From Minisyncoccota bacterium (GTDB lineage Bacteria > Patescibacteriota > Minisyncoccia > Phycocordibacterales > Phycocordibacteraceae), in contig JBAZXD010000002.1 of NCBI GenBank assembly GCA_041660025.1, positions 4,635-68,634 on the forward strand: DNA of 64,000 bases, read 5' to 3'. This document shows, piece after piece, positions 49,301 through 60,700 of this stretch. The notes beneath the pieces were generated by a model that was given only the letters and a program-made list of their open reading frames with translations, was not told where the DNA came from and did no database searches. Each line of letters starts with the position of its first letter. The first letter of the stretch is position 1. Both the position numbers and the translations under genes were made by a program.

Positions 49301-52300
49301 TGATGGTACTTCGGTTAGTACGAAGATGGTTATTTTCGGTAATAACGTCGGCATCGGGACGACGACGCCGTGGGGACAGCTCTCGGTCAACCCGAACGGC
49401 ATCACGGGCCCCGCCTTCGTCGTCGGCTCCTCCACCGCCACGAACTTCATCGTGACGAACGGGGGGAATGTGGGGATCGGGACGGCGAGTCCCGCTGATA
49501 AGTTTTCAAACACATCTTCTAATATTATTGATGAGAACTCGGTAGGAACTACACTAGGAAGCGGAATATCTTGGACAGCTTCTGCAAGCGGGTATCTACA
49601 GGCACTTTCCCAAATATCTTCTGGGGCAAACGCAAACGGTTTGCTTGTAAAAATTTCCGGCGCAGCAAGCACTAATAAAGCATTATCGTTAAATATTAAC
49701 GGTAGCGATTTATTTGTAGTTAATGGTCAAGGCAATGTCGGTATAGGGACAAATGAGCCTAGTTCACCCCTGCAGATACAAAGTCCCAATAGCAAAACAT
49801 TTTTGGATATACGAGGAACCGGATTCAATGCGGCGAATCAATATTCAGATTTAGATTTCACGTCTGATTCCAGTAGTCATGTGTATTCAAAAATAAGGAT
49901 GAATACGGTAACGGCTGCTTATGGAGGTAGTCTGCAGTTTTTTACTAACCCTGGACCGCTAGCCGCAACGGCTTCTTTAGTAAGAATGACAATCGATGAG
50001 ACCGGCAACGTCGGCATCGGGACGACGAGTCCGGCAACAAGTCTCGTCGTGCAGGCGGGTGGAACTGCTAGTGTTGTTAATATTGGGCAACTTTCCGGTT
50101 TTACGAATTTCAGTGGTATTGCATTCACTCAAAACGTCTCGTCCGCCGTCTCAACTTCCAACTACTCCATTTTAGGAGATGGAACGAACACCTATATAAG
50201 TCGTCCGACAGGCGGTTTCTTGTCTTTCCGTGAGAACAACGTGGACCAAATGTTCATCGCAACCGGTGGCAACGTCGGCATCGGGACGGCGAGTCCGGGA
50301 CAAAAGTTGGATGTAAGAGACGGAAAGTTTGCATTAACTGACGCAGACGTTGCCCACGGAATGACATCTTGGGCTACTACCGAAACCTATGGACTTATGG
50401 AAATAGATAGCGCAACAGCCGGAGGGCTAAGGGTCTGGGGATTCGGTGATACGGTGGGTCAGAGAGCATTAGTGAATCTTGGTATTTTAGGCGATGTTGA
50501 CCCAACCGATACTGTAGCAGCTATAACATTGGCGGCAGGTAAAAAGAGCGGGCCAACTGCCCAAGCTCTTAGTGCTCTTGAGACGGTTCTAAAAATTGAG
50601 AATTGGGGCACGGATTTGGTCACGATTTTAGGAAGCGGCAACGTCGGCATCGGAACGACGAGTCCGGCAAGCAAACTTGCAGTATCAGGAGGCGCGTCAA
50701 TCGGCGCCAACTACAACGTCGCCGCGCCAACGAACGGACTCATTGTGGAGGGGAAGGTAGGAATTGGGATGAATGGCGCATCGAGAACCTTGGACATTAC
50801 GGGGAATGTGGGAGCAACGAGAAGCAATACGCTTGTATACGACCCAACCAATTCTGCTACGTTCAACAGCATCATTAGTCTTTCAAGAACTGGCGGTAGT
50901 CTCACTGGGCGCAACGTACTTATTGATTTTGACGATGTTGGTTCAGCGGTTGGTAATTTTGGAATCGTTCAACACAGCACCGGACTGCCATATGCTGATT
51001 TTGTTTGGAATCAATACAATGGGTCTGCGTATGCGGAAACAATGCGGATTGATTACCTCGGCAACGTCGGCATCGGGACGACGACGCCGTACTCAACGCT
51101 TTCTGTTGCGGGTCAAGTTGTCGGTACTGCGTTTGTCCCTTCAGCCGCTACCGTTCCTTCGAATGGAGAATATCTGCCAGCGGCGAATACGCTGGGTTGG
51201 GCGACGAATGGCACTGCACGGATGACGCTCACTGCAGGGGACAACCAAACTGCGGCACTTACCATTACAAATCTCACTTCTGTCGCGTGGCCGGTGGCCA
51301 ATGGCGGCAATGTTAATATCTTCTCCACCAACTCGAGCGCGGATAATTCAGGAGGAACAATCGGACTCGGCGGATGGGATGGTAGCAATAACCGCTCCCA
51401 CGCAGTTATTTTTGGCGGAAAAGAGAATAACATCAGCGGGAATTTTGCCGGATATTTTGCTGTAAGTACTCAACCGAACGGAGAGAATCATACAGAAAGA
51501 TTACGCATTACATCCGCGGGCTCTGTCGGCATCGGGACGACGACGCCATGGGGACAGCTCTCGGTGAACCCGAACGGCATCACCGGCCCCGCCTTTGTCG
51601 TCGGCTCCTCAACCGCCACCAACTTCATCGTGACGAACGGGGGGAATGTCGGCATCGGGACGGGGGTGCCGTTGGCTCAACTTTCTGTCGGTAGCGGAAG
51701 CCTCGTAGACGCTACCGTTCCAGTACAAATAAATTCTGCTTCCGGGGGGCAGGCCTGGTACGGAGTAAACAAAGCCGGTGGTTATGGATTGCTGATGGGC
51801 TTCTATGACGTGCCGGCAGGGAACTTCCAGCGTGGCGGAGTGATTCGCATGGTGACGACCGATCCGCTGACTTTTGCGGTCAACAACACAACGAACGCAA
51901 TGACGATTTTGAGTTCCGGCAACGTCGGCATCGGGACGACGAGTCCGTATACGAAATTCGCGGTAGTGGATGGGACGGGTGAAATGCGCTTCCAGAATGT
52001 CAGCCAGAATAACCTGACTGTTTCCGGAACGAATGCAACAATCATCGCTGATAGCACAGGCGGAAGCTATCCGGGGTTTATGGCAAAAGTAAGTGGAACA
52101 TTAAAGGCGCAATGGTATTCGGACGCAACTAACGCCGTTACCTACACAACCGGCGCACAAATTTTCCAATCAGGGGGCAATACTGAAAAAATGAGAATTG
52201 ATACGAGCGGCAACGTCGGCATCGGGACGACCTCTCCCTACGCCCAGCTCTCCGTCGCCACGCCGAACGGCGCGACAGGAAGCCTCTCCACTCTCTTTGC

Positions 52301-54527
52301 CGTCGCTTCCTCTACCGCCTCGGCGACCACCACGCTCTTCTCTATCTCCAACACAGGCACGGCATCAGCCAACGCCATCATCCCGAACGGCCCGTACACC
52401 ACCAACCTCGCGAGCTACGACCTCGGCGCGACCGGCTCCCGGTGGAATGCTGTCTGGGCAGGCGCACTCAACATCGGCACCTCCACCTTCTCCATCAAGA
52501 GCGACTCCGCAAGCAACCTCGGCTTCTACACCGCCGCCTCCGGCGGCGGCACCCAAGCTCTCACCGTCACCTCCGCCGGCAACATCGGCATCGGGATTAC
52601 AAATCCTTCAGTTTCCCTGGATGTGAACGGCAGTTCTCGTTTTTACGGAATTGCTAATTTTGACGGCGCAACATACGCCGCTCAAGATTTTAAAGCCGCC
52701 GGCGTGCATAAGGCTTATATTGCTACGGCCAATGCAGTTTTCGGCGGAGGTTCTGCAAGCGATCTTGCCGTTGATGCCAGCGCGGGCAACCTTGTCTTGG
52801 GAGTGGGAGACGCTGAGAAGATGCGCATTCAAGTCACCACTGGCAACGTCGGCATCGGGGACGCAAATCCGCCTTCTAAATTAACCGTGAATGGTTCATT
52901 GCGATTTTATAATGTCCCCGGAGGATCGACAGGAGGAACATTCTGTTATGACACCAGCACTGGTGAAGTCGCCGCAAGTAGCGCCGGCACCTGTTCGGGC
53001 TCAGACGAGCGTCTTAAAACCAACATTGCCGACCTCCAAAACTCGGAGGGGCTCGCCGCCATCGCTGCTCTGCGTCCTGTCAGCTTTGTGTGGAAGGATG
53101 CAGCGATGGCCGCAAGCCAAGGGACCCAACTGGGCTTCATCGCCCAAGAGATGCAATCGATTCTTCCCGAGCTAGTGCTTAACGATAGCGGGACGACCAC
53201 CATTACTCTCGTCGATGGTTCTAAGCAACAAATTCCTAATACACTCTCCATTAACTACCAGAAGCTCGTTGTACCACTAGTGAAGGCGGTACAAGAACTT
53301 GATATCCGCACGGGCTTCATCGCGAGCGCCGCAACATCCACCGTTCTGACGGTGGATGTTGCGGGCAACATCGGCATCGGTACGAGTACGCCGAATCATA
53401 CGTTGACGGTCGCAGGCGACATCGGCGCCACCGGCTTCATCAACACCTCCACCCGCTCGGCCAAGACCGACATCAGCTATATCACCGCCTCCTCCTCTGA
53501 CGATATGCTGAACCAGCTCACCAATCTCAAAGTCGCCACCTATCGCTATACGATAGAAGACCAGTCAGATCCGCTCCGCCTCGGCTTCATCGCAGAGGAC
53601 GCCCAGACTATCGCCCCCGAAATCCTCTCTCCCGACGGAAAGGGCGTGGACCTCTACAAGCTCGCCACCTTCAACCTCGCCGCTACCCAGGCGCTCGCCG
53701 CGAAGTTCGACCAGATGGACACCCGTGTCACCTCGCTCGAAGACCGCATCTCTGCTCTCGAGAGCGGGGCAGTGTCCTCGGTAGGTGGTACAACGTCGCT
53801 TGCGAGCGCGATACAGAGCATCAGCAGCGCGCTCAACATTGGGAAGCTCATCTCCGATACCTTCTATGCGGCCCAAGGGTTCATCGACCATCTCACGGCC
53901 GCGAATGCGACTATCGGTTCGGCAACAGTGCCTTCGGGCGTGACATTCTATGACTCCGTGACCAAACAGCCGTACTGCTTCAGTATTGCGAACGGCGCAC
54001 CGACAACGACGCCCGGCATCTGCGCGGAGTCAACCGAGAGTACGAATCCGTTCGCTACCTCGACGCAGATAATAGATAATGGAATATCGATAGGGGATAC
54101 AGGAACGACATCCGCTCCGCTCACGATTACACTTAATGGAGCGACGCCGACGTACGTGCCGGTCGGCGGGACGTATGTCGAGCCTGGAATTGTCGTAGCT
54201 GGCGGTAGCGGGGGGAATATCCCATATCAGGTATATGTGAATGGCTACGTGTCTGATACCACGTCGCCCGCACTCGATACTTCATTGCCGACAACCTACA
54301 TCCTTACCTATCACGCGGCGGATGGGGCGGGGGAGACGGCGACCGCTTACCGATCGGTCATTGTTAAAGATCTCGACAGCACGACACCGCCCTCGACTGA
54401 ACAGACTGCGACCACAAGTTCCATAAGTATAGAGTCGACAACTCCAGTCTCGTCGACCGCCACGACGACCACGGATGCAACGATTCAATCAACCGATACC
54501 GCAACGACCACACAGTCGACCATATAA
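46329..54527 (+). CDS. Giant fibre/adhesin-like protein 1 (2 HTH, TM, ~17 GNVGIG repeats, 2 S74 chaperones, DUF5011-like Ig)
   Basis: Two xis-like HTHs; TM ALATAFLVVVFGSLVA; G(N)VGIGT repeats; SDERLKTNI at 53001 and STRSAKTDI at 53448; ITLNG..P.Y...GGTYVEPG. Confidence 0.88.
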   Translation: MNAPHSEKFIGTKEASELSGYNPDHLSRLSRSGEIDAIRVGRTWYIERESLITFLKKQGRRAKEFPGLISAKEASKKYGYSADYLARLARSGEVRGSQVGRTWLVDQSSLDSFLKLQEERREARARELARAREREYRARRQTPMHRAVHLVPQEQEPVVPGTNSFVFFYKTSARALATAFLVVVFGSLVAQAGPVAKLAAGTTSVIHGIAVGFDAAFGDIPSRFVARLDNSRADMHARSVQGAARLAHLSASLTAPELTHLDLRAAPLALTVEPRSLRSAPPALVADGKANMRRWRSDASDALAFISSPPEIMDALAGISGAIIRADVSLAYTLATAAPASARATVALVGGAGAVLADATAELPRLASALFLRTTSAPAHLAPALAQAVFDAEYTAATRFVAFTRTISDASLASITSAGELAYTITKGTQDTLRTTGTLLATAPAAVHNAYLGALGTGALALAAVQPTLTTTEQIALSTYETIHDFFTSAGRALADLLTPAPIIVLVNNTPIAPVPVATSTPLDSSASNGASPAAPPASSPNSQFVIPNSVSYPTYTTIVRGVSEDFVNQSLTSLRTELLARVSSLIQPVASQVATNVTTIQQVNMIQDLSDLIVRNGDFRGGTFDSGALTNGISVAATTGAFDTLTADDFTSGSLIATGALTSYQSATAPHFVATSTTATSTFAGGLTVGTDKLVVDSTTGYIGIGTTSPYSLLSIAGQVVGQNFMATDSSATSSFSGNFSVGGSTGAYLTGNGSGITFSGTGNHDITASAGTLRIGSNTIIGNIQALDDTVDIGTPAVRFDNIYANEVNASTIVGTLTGGNLTAETFNINSDNATADTENGYLSFERGSIIPNALLTWNAAESAKRFEFNQPLYIESADASTTLTTLDVKGVTSQTADLIRVTSSTGASLFNVGANGNVGVGTNNPSGTLDISSSASTVVNAYLGTVSAGYGNGGALNFKGAGTTIGTIKETYTNNPSGDRGLMEFIVHDGTSVSTKMVIFGNNVGIGTTTPWGQLSVNPNGITGPAFVVGSSTATNFIVTNGGNVGIGTASPADKFSNTSSNIIDENSVGTTLGSGISWTASASGYLQALSQISSGANANGLLVKISGAASTNKALSLNINGSDLFVVNGQGNVGIGTNEPSSPLQIQSPNSKTFLDIRGTGFNAANQYSDLDFTSDSSSHVYSKIRMNTVTAAYGGSLQFFTNPGPLAATASLVRMTIDETGNVGIGTTSPATSLVVQAGGTASVVNIGQLSGFTNFSGIAFTQNVSSAVSTSNYSILGDGTNTYISRPTGGFLSFRENNVDQMFIATGGNVGIGTASPGQKLDVRDGKFALTDADVAHGMTSWATTETYGLMEIDSATAGGLRVWGFGDTVGQRALVNLGILGDVDPTDTVAAITLAAGKKSGPTAQALSALETVLKIENWGTDLVTILGSGNVGIGTTSPASKLAVSGGASIGANYNVAAPTNGLIVEGKVGIGMNGASRTLDITGNVGATRSNTLVYDPTNSATFNSIISLSRTGGSLTGRNVLIDFDDVGSAVGNFGIVQHSTGLPYADFVWNQYNGSAYAETMRIDYLGNVGIGTTTPYSTLSVAGQVVGTAFVPSAATVPSNGEYLPAANTLGWATNGTARMTLTAGDNQTAALTITNLTSVAWPVANGGNVNIFSTNSSADNSGGTIGLGGWDGSNNRSHAVIFGGKENNISGNFAGYFAVSTQPNGENHTERLRITSAGSVGIGTTTPWGQLSVNPNGITGPAFVVGSSTATNFIVTNGGNVGIGTGVPLAQLSVGSGSLVDATVPVQINSASGGQAWYGVNKAGGYGLLMGFYDVPAGNFQRGGVIRMVTTDPLTFAVNNTTNAMTILSSGNVGIGTTSPYTKFAVVDGTGEMRFQNVSQNNLTVSGTNATIIADSTGGSYPGFMAKVSGTLKAQWYSDATNAVTYTTGAQIFQSGGNTEKMRIDTSGNVGIGTTSPYAQLSVATPNGATGSLSTLFAVASSTASATTTLFSISNTGTASANAIIPNGPYTTNLASYDLGATGSRWNAVWAGALNIGTSTFSIKSDSASNLGFYTAASGGGTQALTVTSAGNIGIGITNPSVSLDVNGSSRFYGIANFDGATYAAQDFKAAGVHKAYIATANAVFGGGSASDLAVDASAGNLVLGVGDAEKMRIQVTTGNVGIGDANPPSKLTVNGSLRFYNVPGGSTGGTFCYDTSTGEVAASSAGTCSGSDERLKTNIADLQNSEGLAAIAALRPVSFVWKDAAMAASQGTQLGFIAQEMQSILPELVLNDSGTTTITLVDGSKQQIPNTLSINYQKLVVPLVKAVQELDIRTGFIASAATSTVLTVDVAGNIGIGTSTPNHTLTVAGDIGATGFINTSTRSAKTDISYITASSSDDMLNQLTNLKVATYRYTIEDQSDPLRLGFIAEDAQTIAPEILSPDGKGVDLYKLATFNLAATQALAAKFDQMDTRVTSLEDRISALESGAVSSVGGTTSLASAIQSISSALNIGKLISDTFYAAQGFIDHLTAANATIGSATVPSGVTFYDSVTKQPYCFSIANGAPTTTPGICAESTESTNPFATSTQIIDNGISIGDTGTTSAPLTITLNGATPTYVPVGGTYVEPGIVVAGGSGGNIPYQVYVNGYVSDTTSPALDTSLPTTYILTYHAADGAGETATAYRSVIVKDLDSTTPPSTEQTATTSSISIESTTPVSSTATTTTDATIQSTDTATTTQSTI

Positions 54528-54542
54528 AATAAACCGCAGTAA

Positions 54543-54576
54543 ATAAGCCAAATCTCGTCTCGCCAAGACGAGCTTA
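54543..54576 (+). terminator. Hairpin after giant gene 1
   Basis: CTCGTCT-CGCCA-AGACGAG core, extended by ATAAG/CTTAT across a bulge. No clear U-tract. Confidence 0.4.
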
Positions 54577-54707
54577 TGTAGGGGTCATTTCGACACAAAA
54601 GTGCATAAGCTGTTGATTTCGAGTCGACAATAATCGGCCCATAATCGTGTCGATATTTACCTTGGCTCCACTTAGGATAATCGTGGGTGGGGATAATAAT
54701 TTAGCTC

Positions 54708-54716
54708 TTATCCACA
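54708..54716 (+). promoter_or_regulatory. DnaA box upstream of giant gene 2
   Basis: Exact TTATCCACA. An inverted one-mismatch box TGGGGATAA lies at 54688-54696. Confidence 0.5.
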
Positions 54717-54783
54717 GGGGTCCAAAAATCCATCTGATTTCGCTGATATATCAAGTAATATATTAGATATTACAGCGATTTTC

Positions 54784-57700
54784 ATGGATCCTTCTTTTAA
54801 CGAAAATAAGCAAAAAAATATCTCGATCCGTGAGGCTACGAATCGTTCTGGATATAGCACAGGATATCTTTCCAATCTTTGTCGAACGGGAAAAATAGTT
54901 GGGAAGTATTCTCATAACGAATGGTCTGTCGATATCGCATCACTTGAGAGCTTTATCAAGGGGCAGGCGGAACGTAAAGAAGCGCGCGCGCGCGAGCTCG
55001 CGCGCGCGCGCGAGATGGAGTATCGAGCGCACCGCGTCCCGAAGACACCGAGCGGCGCGAACCTTCAACCTTCAACCTTCAATTTTCAAAAAAAGCCACC
55101 CGCGATGCCGCTGTCAGAGATCATTCGCGGTTCATTGCGTTCGCAGGCCATCGCCATCGCCACGGCACTTCTGGTCGTCGGAGGGAGCGCTCTCGCGGCA
55201 CAAGCCTCGGCGATCCCGCAGTTCGCGGGAAAGACCGCAATGCTCGTGCGCGAGGCCGCGCTCGGATTCGATGATTTGTTCGGCGACATTCCTGCGCGCA
55301 TCGTGTCGAGGATCGATGCCGCAGAAAATGATGTGAGGAGAATTTCTTCGCGCATCGTGGCGGCGAACGCGATCACGACCGCGCGTATCGCGTCGCCGTT
55401 TCTTGCGGAGCCGGATCTTTCTTCACTGCAGATGGCCCCATTAGAGACAAGGACCAAAAATGTCCTGGCCGACTTGCAGTCGACGTCTCTAACGGGACAA
55501 GCGCTCGATGTACCGATGATTACTGCTGATGATGTACAAATGTTTGTGCTCGACGTGTACGGGGTGGTCGCTTCGCCGTCGCGTGCCGCCCGCGCGCTCG
55601 TGAACGCATATGTCGCGCTCGGCGAAGACGCGTATGACGCGATCGCGGCGGCATTCTCTGCCTACGATTCGCTCATCGAGAAGTCGGGAACGAGAGCGCT
55701 CGCGCTCGCCGCCACGACGCGCGACACGCTGGCGGCGGCACCACAGCTCGTCGCGCAGATGAATCTCGCGCTCGGCGGGGCGGTTATCAAAGCCGCGCAT
55801 ACGGCGGTAGAAGCCGACGTGGCGGCCGCATACACCCTCGCCACCGCCGCTCCCGCAAGCGCCCGCGCCACCGTCGCGCTCGTCGGCGGCGCGGGCGCCA
55901 CACTCGCAGACGCCACAGCCGAGCTCCCGCGACTCGCCTCCGCACTCTTCCTGCGCGCAACGTCAGCCCCGGCCCAGCTCGCACCCGCCCTCGCCCAGGC
56001 GGTCTTCGACGCTGAATACACTGCCGCAACACGCTTCGTCGCGTTCACCCGCGCCGTCTCCGACGCCTCTCTCGCCTCGATCACCAACGCCGGCGAGCTC
56101 ACATATACCATCACAAAAGGAACCCAGGACACTCTTCGCACCACGGGAACTCTCCTCGCTACCGCACCCGCAACGGTCCACAACGCGTATCTCGGCACCC
56201 TCGGCACAGGTGCGCTCGCGCTCGCTGCGGTACAACCCACCCTCACCACCACCGAACAGATTGCCCTCACCACGTACGAAACCATCCACGACTTCTTCAG
56301 CTCGGCCGGCCGTGCGCTCGCCGATCTCCTCACCCCCGCCCCGATCATTGTTCTGGTGAACAACACACCGAAAACGCCAGCCCCCGTCGCCACCTCCACC
56401 CCAGTCATTCCGCCATCTCCCTCCCGCAGTTCGCAACCTTCAATCGTTAATTCAACTTCATACCCCACGTACACCACCATCGTCCGTGGCGTCTCCGAAG
56501 ACTTCGTCAACCAATCCCTCACCTCGCTCCGCACCGAGCTCCTCGCGCGGGTCTCGAGCCTCATCCAGCCCGTCGCGAGCCAGGTGGCCACCAACGTCAC
56601 CACCATCCAGCAGGTCAATATGATCCAGGACCTCTCTGACCTCATCGTCAGGAACGGCGACTTCCGGGGCGGCACCTTCGACAGCGGCACACTCTCAAAC
56701 GGCCTCAGCGTCACCGCAACGAACGGCACCTTCACCACTCTCACTGCCGGAGCGACAACCCTCGGCGCAACCTCTCTCGCCACCACCACCGTCACGGGCG
56801 ACCTCACGCTCTCCGGCATCCTCACGGCAAACACGAAAGCCGTCGCCCCGTATTTCGTCGCGACCGACACAGCCGCAACCTCCACCTTCGCCGGTATGCT
56901 CGCCATCGGCACCACCACCCCCTATGGCGCCGGCCTCCTCACGGTCGGCACCTCCTCCCCCTTGCTCTATATCGACAGCACCACCGGGAACCTCGGCATC
57001 GGCACCTCCTCGCCCGCATCCGCTCTCTCCGTTGCCGGCAACTTCCTCCTTACCGGCACCACCACGGTGACCGGCACCGACTCCGGCATCACCTTCACCG
57101 GCACCGGGAACCACGACATCACCGCCTCCGCCGGTACGCTGCGCATTGGTTCAAACACCATCATCGGCAACATCCAGGCCTTGGACAGCACGGTGGACAT
57201 CGGCACCCCGGCTGTCCGCTTCGACAAGATCTATGCGAACGAAGTGAACGCCTCCACCATCGTCGGCACCCTCACGGGAGGCAACCTCACCGCCGAGACA
57301 TTCTCCATCAACTCCGACAATGTCTCTTCCGACCAGGAGAACTCCTACCTGTCCTTCCACCGCGGCACCGTCTCCCCGAATGCGCTCCTCACCTGGAACG
57401 CCGCCACCTCCTCAAAGCGCTTCGAGTTCAACCAGCCGCTCTTCGTCCTCGACGCCTCCGCCTCCACCACCAACACTACTCTTTCCATTCAGAGCGTCGC
57501 CGGTCAGACCGGCGACGTCTTCCGTATCTCCTCATCTTCTTCGGCAACCAACTTCTTCACCGTGACCGGCGCGGGGAATGTGGGGATTGGGACGAATAGT
57601 CCAACGGCTAATTTCCAGGTTACCTCTAATAATTCTAATACGAACAGCACAACGGGTGTCGGCGTTCTTCTTAAAGATGCTATGAGCACTACTAACAAAA

Positions 57701-60700
57701 TAATTCGTTTCCAGGGCAATTCCGGTTCCTATGATCATATTATCTACACTCCAGGCTCCTCTTCAAATTTAAGAATCGGCATAACTAATGGAACGAATAC
57801 ATACGACACGGTCACCCTTACAAATGGAAATCTCGTTGGCATCGGGAATTCAGCTCCGTTGTCTAGACTAGGTGTTACTGGGAATCTCTCTGTCGGAGCA
57901 ACCTATGGGATTATCGCAGCTCCTACTTCGGGAATGATAGTTGAAGGCAACGTCGGCATCGGGACGACGAGTCCATCGCAAGCGCTCTCGGTCCAGGGCA
58001 ACGGACTGTTCTCGGGGAACCTTGCAGCTGCCAACATTACGGCGACAGGTACCATTACCAGCACATACATTGGAGGCAACGCTTTTATTGCTCCCGGTTC
58101 AACAGGATCTTCCCCCCAATATTCATTCGCCGGGTCGAGTGGGAACGGACTCGGGATGGATTCGAGCGGCAATACAATACTTCAACATTCATTTGGTAGT
58201 GCTGGTACTGGCGTCATCATTAAAACAGGTACCGGTTCGGCGGCAGAAGTGGCGCGTTTCGTTGCGGGAGGCAACGTCGGCATCGGGACGACGACGCCGG
58301 GTGCGACGCTACAAGTATATGGTTCCGGATTGTTTGGCGCTGGAGCGACCCTTTTGAGCGGGGACGTCGTCACCATTAAAGGGCAGACACGGGTTCAAGG
58401 CTCGATGATTTTCGACACTTCTCCGAGCTCCGTAAGCGCGTCGATTACCCCGAATCTTGCCGGTTACACCACCTTCAACAGCAGTTCATGGCCCATAGTA
58501 TTGCAATCGACGGGCGGCAACGTCGGCATCGGGACGACGAGTCCAGGATGGCAACTGGAAGTCGCAGGCGTCGGTTCCAAGGCGGGGAATCCCTGGGATG
58601 CAACGGGCGGAGTGGCCGCAATCACTGATACCAGCGCCTACGGGCTTGGCGAAGGAGGGCAACTTTTGTTCCAGGGTAAATATACTTCCGCCGGGGCATT
58701 AGCGATGTTTGGCGGTATCCGTGCGTTCAAGGCAAATGCTACCGATGGAAGCGCAGTTGGCAATCTTGACCTATGGTCGCGAGCGGGAGCGATTCGTTTT
58801 TATTCTACGAGTGTCCCTCAAAACGGACAGGATGGGACACCAGACGTCACGATAAGCTCAACCGGCAACGTCGGCATCGGGACGACGAGTCCGGGCCAGT
58901 TGTTGACGGTTGGGAACAATAATCAGTTTACGGTCGATAGTTCCGGCAATGTCGTGGCTACAGGGTCCATCAGCGGCACCACAATTTATGCATCATCCGC
59001 AGTTATTGGAACCAATAGCGGCGTTTTATATCTCGGTGGAAGTTCTGCAACCGTTTTGGTTGCCGCGGGAGTATTTGGTCCTATTACCGACGTTTCCCAA
59101 GATTTGGGATTTTACAATAGACAATGGAGAAATACTTACATTGGCGGCAATGTCAGGGTCGGAGCGACATATGCAGCATTAAACATCGCAGGTCCAACAA
59201 GCGGAATGATAATAGAAGGCAACGTCGGCATCGGGACGACGACGCCGTGGGGCCAGCTCTCCGTGAACCCGAATGGGATAACCGGTCCTGCATTCGTCGT
59301 GGGCTCCTCCACCGCCACCAACTTCATCGTGACGAACGGGGGAAATGTGGGGATTGGAACCGCGAGCCCATTGGCGCAATTATCTGTTGGCAGTGGCAGT
59401 CTGGCGGATGCGGTAGTTCCCGTGCAGATTAACGCCGCTTCGGGGGGCCAAGCATGGTACGGGGTCAATAAGGCCGGCGGTTACGGGATGCTCACTGGAT
59501 TTTATGATGTCGCTTCTGGCAACTTCTCTCGTGGTGGTGTTATCCGTATGGTAACGAGTGACCCGCTGACGATTGCAGTCAACAATACCGTGTCGGCAAT
59601 GACATTCTTAAGCGACGGCAACGTCGGCATCGGCACGACGACGCCCGGGTCGCGTCTGCATGTGTACAACGGTCAGGGTGGCGGATCTGTCTCCGTGAGC
59701 TCATACGACACCCTATCGGTAGAAAACAACAACATCAACTACATCAACATGATCTCTCCGACCGCCAACCGGAGCGGCATTATATTCAGCAATAGCTTGC
59801 GAGGGATTGGGGGCATTACGTATACCGGCGGTGATACAACCGCAGGGTATGGTGGTACGAATAGTTTGAATTTTTCGACCAACGGCTCAACTCAGTCTAT
59901 GGTGATCAACAGCACCGGCAACGTCGGCATCGGGACGACGACGCCGTCCTATAAACTGGAGGTGAACAATGACTCAGCCGCGACTATCGCGCGCTTATTC
60001 AGAAATCAGACTGGAGCAAACGCAGACGTAGAGTTCGGAAATAAGAGCAACACTTGGATCCACCGCGTTACTGGCGACGGAACATATGATTACACCCTCG
60101 TTAATTCTGGCAACGGAGTACGAGTATTGACAGCTCTTTACAACGGCAACGTCGGCATCGGGACGACGACGCCGTGGGGTCAGCTTTCAGTAAATCCAAA
60201 CGGTATCACGGGCCCGGCATTTGTCGTCGGCTCCAGCACGGCCACCAACTTCATCGTCACGAACGGGGGCAATGTGGGGATCGGAACGGTGAGCCCGCAG
60301 GCGAAATTTGATGTAGCCGGAAATGTCTTGCTTGGGAGCGGACAAACTAATCCTTGGGTATACTTCGGAGGTCTCACTTCCGCCTTTCCCGCATTCAAGC
60401 GAGAAGGAGCCAACATTGAGGTAAAGCTGGCTAACGACGGCAACTACGCAAACCTGTACGCGAATGCCTTCTATCCCGGTGGAAGTGGCGTTATCGACTC
60501 AGGGAGTACGGGAGTGGTGAATATAAAGAATACCACCGCCACGAACGCGGCAACATTCCGCGTATACAACACGTTCACCGACACCTCCAACTATGAGCGC
60601 GGCGTATTCGATTGGAGCACTACGGCGAACGTCCTCTCTATCGGAACGCAGGCGGCAGGGACGGGGACATTGAGGAATATTAATCTCATCGGCGGCAACG

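Noticed and set aside
54980-55012. Long (GC)n alternating run as a Z-DNA or microsatellite element
   Set aside because: It is explained by coding for EARARELARARE, which is also present in paralog 1 at ~46691-46730.
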